Source: Octopus bimaculoides
Taxonomy: Eukaryota
Direction: 5' to 3'
Length of the DNA stretch: 42,298 nt
Assembly: GCF_001194135.2 (NCBI RefSeq)
Contig: NC_069003.1
Span: 31,344,268-31,386,565 of the forward strand
Shown: positions 34,550 through 42,298 of the stretch, piece after piece
How positions within the stretch are numbered: the stretch's first letter is position 1
How the letters are laid out: each line of letters starts with the position of its first letter
Made by a program: the position numbers and the translations under genes
The notes under the pieces: model-generated
What the model saw: only the letters and a program-made list of their open reading frames with translations
The model's database searches: none
Told to the model about the DNA's origin: nothing

Positions 34550-34808
34550 GTGATGGTGAGTCACTTAGAAATTTGGCTGGTGGAAACTGAAAGAAGCCTG
34601 TCATGTGTTTGTATACATACATACATACATACATATATACATACATACATACATATATACATACATACACACACACACACACTTTATTTGTGGATTAACA
34701 AGGTGACCAATAGTTTCATGTCCAGAGATCTTTACATTTGCACAAGATTACCATATGGAAGTTTTGGTAATCAATTCCATTGTGGATTAGAATACATACA
34801 CATGTACA

Positions 34809-34893
<85 letters not shown>

Positions 34894-35098
34894 ACACACA
34901 TACACATACACACAGATATGCACATGCACACACGCACATACACATATTTATATATATAATAAACAATATATGTATCCATTCACAAAATTTCGATCAGCCC
35001 AGGGCTATGACTAAAGATTTAACCAACATGTTGTGGGATTAAACCCAAGACCACATGCCTGGAAAGCAAGCTTTTCAATCACTTACCCATACCTGCTC

Positions 35099-35145
<47 letters not shown>

Positions 35146-35170
35146 GACGGTTTAGATATAGATTCAAGGC

Positions 35171-35235
<65 letters not shown>

Positions 35236-35260
35236 TATATATATAGATATATATATATGA
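34550..35260. repeat. SINE family 1 fragments and long (ATAC)n/(CA)n/(AT)n microsatellites
   Basis: Direct runs and family-1 motifs. Confidence 0.85.
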
Positions 35261-35308
35261 TACATGATATATGAGTGATTTTTATTGTTTTTTTCCTCTT
35301 TTTTATAG

Positions 35309-35353
35309 AAAAGAAAATTCAACAGAAGAATTTTTGCACTGTTTGGAATAATG
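35309..35353 (+). CDS. Candidate 45-nt internal exon, unknown gene
   Basis: Acceptor ttgtttttttcctcttttttatAG, donor ATG|GTAAGT; open as KRKFNRRIFALFGIM (phase 0) or KKIQQKNFCTVWNN (phase 1). Confidence 0.33.
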
Positions 35354-35474
35354 GTAAGTTATTGTTTCATTTTCTTTTTTTGAATGTTACATGGAATATT
35401 TTGAAAAAAATGATTTCATTAAAGTTCAGAATTGTTTGTTGTACATCACTAATGTTGCTTTACGCAATATTTGA

Positions 35475-35671
35475 CCCTTTAGCATTTAAACTGGCCATAT
35501 CTGGTCTAAATATTCTACCCATTTAATGTTCATATCAGCCAAATCTGGCCTTTCATACCTACCCAACAATGTCATTCTAAAAATACAGTCACATCATCAA
35601 AATTTCAAAGCTACAAGATAACGAATGATGAATTTAAAACAATGTGATAGAATAGTGCAAATGCTAAAGGG
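35475..35671 (+). mobile_element. piggyBac-like MITE family B (197 bp)
   Basis: 13-bp TIRs CCCTTTAGCATTT / AAATGCTAAAGGG; flanks TTGA and TTAA. Confidence 0.9.
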
Positions 35672-37589
35672 TTAAGAATATTCATAAGATCGTTTGTATT
35701 TTATGGGCACAGCTATAGCTGTGTGGCTAAGAAGTTTTGTTCACTACCATGTAGTTTTATGTTTGATTCTGGTTTGTAATGCCTTTAGCAAATTTCTACT
35801 GTAACCTCAGGCTGCTCAATAACTTGTTAGTAGAATCTATTAGACAGAAACTTTGCAGAATCTCACCTTATATGTGTGTGTGTGTTGTGTGTGTGTTGTG
35901 TGTGTGTGTGTATAGAGTGTTTAAAGTGGTGTGCAGATATTGTATATTGAGAAAAAGGAGGCAGTCAGAATTTCGGATAATTCTTTATTAGCGCTTTTGT
36001 TTGTTTATCGAACTCATCAAGGCAAAATCAAAATGAAAATGGTAAACAGAATGTGTCATTGTTCATTTATATGAATCAGATGTTTTTTTGTTTTTTTTGT
36101 TCAGAAGGGGAAAAAATTATTTTTGCTTTTTTTTTTTGGAAAAATGAACAATGAAACATTCTGTTTTACCATTTTCCTCAGAGTGAGAATTAGACACAAA
36201 AAGAATCACATTATAATCGGTTGGGTGGTCATCAACAGACTCAATATGACAATAATGTGTGTGTGCATGTGCATGTTAATTTTTAATTTATTAATTTGTA
36301 ATCAAATGAGTTGAATATGGAAACGATTGTAGGTAACAGAATAAATAAGCATTACATTCGATAGAGTTAGCTAAATATTTCTGGAAATTCCTGTAGCTTG
36401 AGGACAAATGAATGCCAATATTTCAGTCAGGAGTTCTTCCTCAGTCACACACTTATATCATTTTACAACATTTATTAAGGCTAAATGATTTTTTGCAGAA
36501 GCCAACTGTCGCTAGTCTTCTCAGATTCATACTTTCCTCGCATGTGCTTATTTAACGATAATTTAGCATCGTTATTAATGTTGCTATGACATGCAGTTAA
36601 TTAGAATAGTTTTAAAATAATCAATCTTGATAATAATTATAAATAAAAGTTACAAAATATATATTAAAAAACAAAAAAACTATAAAACTATAAAAAATTT
36701 CATGTGTAAATGAAAACATTTTGCTAATTTATTTTAGATATTGTGTGTGAGTGATCGTAAATATTTAGTATGTATGTCTGGTCTGTATGCATTAAAAATA
36801 TTCAATATACATAGTTTCTAATTTCAGATGTCTAAAAAAACATCTTTAATAAACATTTACAAATAGTGTAAATATATTAGTTAGATGTATTTAAATGTCT
36901 TTGTCAATGTTTTATAGCATGGAATCATATTACTAAATGACATTAAAATTTCATGTAAAATACTGAAAATAACAGAGAGAATTTACATTTATAGTGATAT
37001 GAGCATAAATACATGATGTTTAATTTCCATAAAACTTATATGAAATTTGTGTTGGTGTCAGAAAATAAAATTAAACACTTCATCAAAATAAAGATTCAGC
37101 ATAAATTACTTTGCTAGCTTTTTAACTACATGTATGTTTTATACAGCAAGGAACATTCAGGATAAAATGATTGCACTTTAGATACATTGCACATTTGAGC
37201 AAGAATCTTCCATATATACACACACATATATATTATATATACATGTGTGTGTGTGAGTGTGTATGTATACTCTTTTATTCCTTTATTCTTTTACTTGTTT
37301 AAGTCATTTGACTGCGACCATACAGGAGCACCAGCTTGAAGGGTTTTAGTCAAGCAAATTGAACCCCAGTACCTAAGATAAAAGTACCCAAATACACTTT
37401 GTAATATAGTAGGCCTTAGTAAGGACATCCAGCCATATAAATCATGCCGTAGCAGATATTTGAACACATTGTAGTCCTCAGACCTGTTAGATCCTATTAA
37501 ACCATCCAACTCATTCCACCATAAAAGACAGACATTAAAAGATAATAACGATCACACATACACCCACACACACATATATATTCTTTTAT

Positions 37590-37920
37590 CTTTTTAATTT
37601 ATTTACTTGTTTCTGTCTTTTTGACTGTGGCTATGCTGGAGCGCTGTCTTTTAGTCAAAGAAAACGACCCCTGGACTTATTCTTTGTAGGCCTGGTCTCT
37701 TTTGCCAAACTGTTAAGTTATGGGGGTATAAACACACCCACATCGGTTGTCAAGTAATGCAGGGGGGAAAAGTAAACACAAACACAAAAATATATACATA
37801 TATATATAAGATGGGCTTCTTTCAGTTTCCATCTAGCAAATCCACTCTCAAGGCTTTGGAGGGACTGAACCCAGAACCATGTGGTTGGGAAGCAAGCTTC
37901 TTGTCACACAGCCATGACTG
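37590..37920 (-). mobile_element. SINE family 1, internally deleted copy
   Basis: Tail, core and head motifs in reverse complement. Confidence 0.8.
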
Positions 37921-38618
37921 CACTCATATGTATGTTTGTATGCATGTAATTATGTTGGTCAAATTTTCTAACTTTTAAATGCATACTCCATTAATTGAAA
38001 AAATATAGCATTGGGTAATTAACAGAGCATGTTTATTACAATTGGTAAACATGGGTCTAACTACATGCATTTTGAGTATAGGCTAATGAACTGTATTTGT
38101 CATTTGCAAATTGTCTTTGTATAGTGTGTGTGTGTGTGTGTGTGTGTTACCATCATAGATTAATCATATTTTGCAAGAATAATTAATTTCAATAATTTTG
38201 AAATTAATAATAAAATTTAATGAAGAAAGGTCCTGCTATGAATGAAAAAATGAGCAATGCATTAATTCTACTGAATCACATTTTATTAATTTTTCTGTTT
38301 TCTTTAAATTAAAAGAAGGTATTTAACAATTCACTTTAACTAAATGAAGTGAGTGGTTTTCAGTTTGCTGTTTAAGTTTGACATCTCTGTCGTTAAAGAA
38401 CAGAAGCTATTAATTATTTATTTATTTATTATTTATTATTATTATTATTTTTTTTTTTTGCTTTGATTAAAGGACGTCATGCATTGTGAATTTTTCCTTT
38501 CTTTTTCTGTTCTGAAAGAATCAATTAGGTTAATGAAAATAGTTTACAAGTTGTTCAATTTAGCATCAAAATTACTTGATTTGGTCAAAACAATTTGAAA
38601 TACTGAGTATGGCGTTAA

Positions 38619-38875
38619 CCCTTTTAGCATTTAAACCACTCATATATGACCCCAAAAATTCTGTCTGTTTTATGTTCAAACAGGCCATATCAGACCTCTC
38701 ACATCTTACCATACAATACCATTCTAGTGGTTCAGCAAAAGACATAGATAGAATAAGTACCAGGCTTACAAAGAATAAGTTCTGGGGGTCGATTTCTTCG
38801 ACTAACACCCTTTAAGGTGGTGCTCCAGCATGGCCGCAGTCAAATGACTGAAACGAGTAAAAGAATAAAAGAATA
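38619..38875 (+). mobile_element. MITE family B left part (38619-~38725) fused to a SINE family 1 tail
   Basis: TTAA|CCCTTTTAGCATTTAAACC... then gttcagcaaaagacatagatagaataagtacc...tgctccagcatggccgcagtc. Confidence 0.8.
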
Positions 38876-39340
38876 CACACACACACACATGCGCATACAT
38901 ATACATATACCACATATACACACAAATGTATAGCCAACTAAGACAAACAAACTGATATAAACATAAATATTCATATTTGAGCACACACATAAATTTAAAG
39001 CTAAATATGAAAAAAATAAATGGGAAACCAAATGTAACAAATTAAAATAATGGATTAGAATAAAACCAGATGGATTAAACCAATTGATTAATTAATTATA
39101 AAGGAAAAATATAAAATAAGTTTAAATATATCATATTTGTATTATCCTGCATTCACAGATACTTTATGTTTAGTCTTTTTTTTTTCTCGTTAGTATTATT
39201 ATTGCTTAATTTATTGTCTGTCATTCTTTGAATATTAATGCCATCATTGTTTCATTTTGGATAATTAGAAAAATTTGAAGAATTTCACTATCAGCAATCA
39301 ATAAAAATCTTGTGTTTTTTTTTTTTTTCTCTTAATCTAA

Positions 39341-39780
39341 CCCTTTACCTGTGAAATTAAATTTCATGGTCATTCCAGTAATGATATTAAAAGTCTTCTA
39401 AAAAATAGAATTGTCATTTTCTGCAAGTTACACTGTCTCAGTAAAACTGATGTATCTCAATAAAAAGCGTTTCAACAAAAGATAAATTGGTATATAAAAC
39501 TGCCTTTCCGCAGTTGAGGGTAATGAAATTTTGAGTGGAAATATCTGATTTCCACAGTAAAAGCATTAAAATAAAAGTAGGAGATATTGGATAATATGGT
39601 TCTGAATTCAGTGTCTGGAAAAAATACAGGACAGTCATGGTTGGAATGCCTCTGATCACAGGTTTGACAAGATCCCTAAACTCTTTCACTGTAAAATTAA
39701 ATTCCCTGGTTATTCTTTCAGTAATGATGTTAGATATCTACCAAAAAGATAGGATTGGTATTTTCTGCAAATCACATTGG
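39341..39780 (+). mobile_element. piggyBac-like MITE family C: one full copy (39341-39565) and a truncated second copy (39681-39780)
   Basis: CTAA|CCCTTTACCTGTG ... CACAGTAAAAGCA|TTAA; first ~95 bp repeated at 39681 and cut by a SINE tail. Confidence 0.6.
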
Positions 39781-40102
39781 CAAATGAGGCTGATAGAATA
39801 AGTGCTAAACTTAGAAAATAAGTGCAGGTGTCAATTTAAAAAAAAAAACCTTGAAGATGGTGTCCCAGCATGATTACTATCCAATGACTGAAATGAGTTA
39901 AAGAATAAAAAAAGGAAGAGGTTTCTGACTAGACAATTCATTATAGCTTTAGGATGGTTAGATTTATTAATTATATAGTGTAAAGTTTCACTAGGTTTAT
40001 AATAGACAATTTAAATTTAGAGTGACATCAAGGAAAAGAAGTATGATAGCAAAGTTTTGAATAATATATATCTAATTCTAATTTAAATGACATAAAACTC
40101 AC

Positions 40103-40123
40103 TTAAACAAGTCTCATTGTAAC
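40103..40123 (-). CDS. Candidate 21-nt microexon, unknown gene
   Basis: Acceptor ttgtctttttttctgtttAG, donor TAA|GTGAGT; only open frame phase 1-1 (G)YNETCL. Confidence 0.25.
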   Translation of the reverse strand, partial: VTMRLV

Positions 40124-40255
40124 CTAAACAGAAAAAAAGACAAGCATAAATCGTCATTAAAAGAAAAGACAGTTGATCAGTCAAATTATCAATCATTCTT
40201 AAACTCTAGTTGTATAATTTTTCTAATGCAAATCTTCAAACTTTTGAGTCTCCAG

Positions 40256-40324
40256 ACAGCTACAAGTCTATTAAAGTCTCTAAATCAAATAGTAACATCA
40301 CACATAGTCTATGTAAGAAGAATG
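40256..40324 (+). CDS. Candidate 69-nt internal exon, unknown gene
   Basis: Acceptor cttttgagtctccAG, donor ATG|GTAAGT; phase 1-1 (D)SYKSIKVSKSNSNITHSLCKKN; phase-compatible with 35309-35353. Confidence 0.25.
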
Positions 40325-40559
40325 GTAAGTTTGAAAGTAACTTTGGAATAATTGATTATTGCTCATTTAAAGGGTCTGTATGTTCGTTTGTGCATGTGTG
40401 TCTGTGTGTCTGTATGCACATGTGTGTGTATGTTTCTACTGAATTGTATGTTTGTCTATGTATGCAATTTTCGTCTGTGTGTCTGTCTGTGTCATTTGTA
40501 TATGTAAATTTATATATTATGCAGGTAAACAAATCAAATATAACAGCTTGGGTTTCTAT

Positions 40560-40600
<41 letters not shown>

Positions 40601-40809
40601 GCAAACAGAAAGAAAGCAAAGACTGAAGACTCTCAGACAAGGAATATTTGAATATAAATATATAGACATTTATATTAATAGATCAAACTTGCACGGAGTA
40701 CAAATGACAAAGAAAATTAAAGGGCGAGAGATAAGGTGTTATAAGTCCAACAGAGTTGGTTTTTCATAAAGACATCAGAGGTCTAAGTTTGAATCATTTG
40801 AGCACTTCT

Positions 40810-41160
40810 AAGTTTCAGGTCAAGTAGCCCATCTCACTCAAAAGGTCCCTGAATAAGACTTAAGGATATTGAATGAAACACCTATGTTTCCAGAGGTGAA
40901 TTATCCAAACCCCGCAGAGTTTCTCTCAACACATGGCTATGATGTTCCCCAACTACTCCTGCTCGTGATCAGAGATGCATGTATCATCAGCCTCTAAGGG
41001 AATGCTCAACTGGTTAAGGTCAAGCAACTGACAAGTAAATCTGTGGTATTGAGCAGAATATTTGCTGTAAGCCATCTTTTATACCAAGACAAAACAATGT
41101 ACATGAAAACACTTCCAATCAGTTAAGATCAGAAGCCATGACAGCCATGGCTTAGTACTG
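40810..41160 (-). mobile_element. Interspersed repeat (recognised octopus-type repeat, class uncertain)
   Basis: GC-richer block; minus strand catggcttctgatcttaactgattggaagtg...cttgtcagttgcttgaccttaaccagttgagc; recognition only, single copy in window. Confidence 0.55.
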
Positions 41161-41338
41161 CTATTATATTTAACTTGGTATATATTTTATTATTATACCT
41201 ATTTTTTCATATATGCTCTTGTGTTATGTTTATAACAGAAATGGTGATTCCACTTTCATATTTCAAAAAACGTCCACATCACATTCAACTAAATTAATTT
41301 AATAACAACAATTAATTATGTAATTATTGTATTGCTGA

Positions 41339-41673
41339 CAAAGTTCTCAAACTTTATGGGCCACCGCCCCCTCATGGTCACATAATACCCCCAGTGCCCC
41401 CACCCCTATTTTTATGCATAAATAAATACTTTATATTTACTAATTTATATATACTATGAATCATTTGATATTTAACATAATATTATCTAATGTGTATACA
41501 ATACTATAATAATATTATAATAAATTCATAGCGTCCCCCAATCTATTGCCTTCCTCTGAATGCATCCTTTTTCACTACGCTCCCCCCACCGCTCCCTTAG
41601 GCACCAGCGCCCACCTGGACCATCCCAATGCCCATCAGAGGGGTGGCGGTAGCACCTACTTTGAGAACCTATG
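41339..41673. mobile_element. hAT-type MITE
   Basis: Imperfect TIRs CAAAGTTCTCAAACT / ACTTTGAGAACCTATG with C-rich subterminal motifs; no TSD found. Confidence 0.65.
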
Positions 41674-41895
41674 GCTAAAACAATTAAAACCATTTTGATA
41701 AGTATTTGATATTTTGATAAATATTTGATATTATCTTCCTTTTATTCATCTTTTGTTATATACACACACTTTAAGAGAGAGAGAGAGAGAGAGATCGTTC
41801 AAGTGTCAGTAATTCTACAATTACTGTCAGTTAATATAATTGCCAGCATACAATAAATATTGTTGAAATAGAGAAGAATTCTTCAAGTCACTTAC

Positions 41896-41942
41896 TTCCA
41901 AGGTTTCAGTTTTGTTGCTTTCTTCCCATTCAAATGAAATAT
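41896..41942 (-). CDS. Candidate 47-nt internal exon, unknown gene
   Basis: Acceptor aattcttgtgtcttcAG, donor GAA|GTAAGT; open as (D)ISFEWEESNKTETLE (phase 1-0) or IFHLNGKKATKLKPW (phase 0-2). Confidence 0.33.
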
Positions 41943-42186
41943 CTGAAGACACAAGAATTATTAAAAATAAACATGTTAATGTCGCAAAGTACTTTGCACT
42001 TTAATGATTTTGATGAGTGATATTTACGTAAGAGCAATATTTACGTCTGCACATGTGTGTGTGTGTGTATGTATGTATGTAAACAAATTTTAAATCGGTT
42101 CAAAAATGTCTCAGTTATATTTAAACTGATGTAGTTTGTTTATTTTCCATCACTTTTCCATGCACAAATCCCCCATCTCAATCAAA

Positions 42187-42260
42187 TACACACACACACA
42201 CACATGCATACACACATACATACATACATACATACATACATACATACATGTATACATACA

Positions 42261-42296
<36 letters not shown>

Positions 42297-42298
42297 TA
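42187..42298. repeat. (CA)n/(ATAC)n/(AT)n microsatellite
   Basis: Direct runs. Confidence 0.95.

Noticed and set aside
39347-39689. Minus-strand exon-like 49-mer and 83-aa ORF
   Set aside because: They lie in or overlap piggyBac-like MITE family C; the apparent donor is the TIR.
1-42298. CRISPR arrays, rRNA, operons or prokaryotic defence systems
   Set aside because: Sequence is eukaryotic; the recurring repeats are dispersed SINEs/MITEs or diverged tandem units, not constant repeats with unique spacers.

Overview
AT-rich, repeat-saturated eukaryotic DNA with two assembly gaps (831-1078, 7348-8251). The SINE families and dense (AT)n/(GT)n/(ATAC)n/(TTA)n microsatellites look like an octopus (coleoid cephalopod) genome; this is from recognition of the repeats, not a search. 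No intact protein-coding gene is visible, and almost all ORF-track entries are microsatellite, N-run or SINE artefacts. Supported content: (1) at least five tRNA-SINE or LINE-tail repeat families in dozens of copies; (2) decayed autonomous elements only partly captured by the ORF track, namely a Ty3/gypsy relic (gag-like, RNase H, integrase zinc finger; 2938-4060), a Tc1 transposase fragment (4293-4548), an R4/Dong-type non-LTR fragment abutting (TAA)n (5975-6344) and piggyBac-derived elements; (3) TTAA-flanked piggyBac-like MITEs and hAT MITEs, including a nested insertion whose empty site is also in the window; (4) three different type I hammerhead-ribozyme-like motifs (26181-26223, 30998-31066, 34266-34310), each with core mutations, one of them in the tail of a tRNA-headed SINE; (5) a few short exon candidates on both strands that cannot be assigned to a gene. 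The hammerhead-bearing repeats are the best candidate for an undescribed system. They look like dead copies, so an active family would have to be shown from genome-wide consensus sequences.
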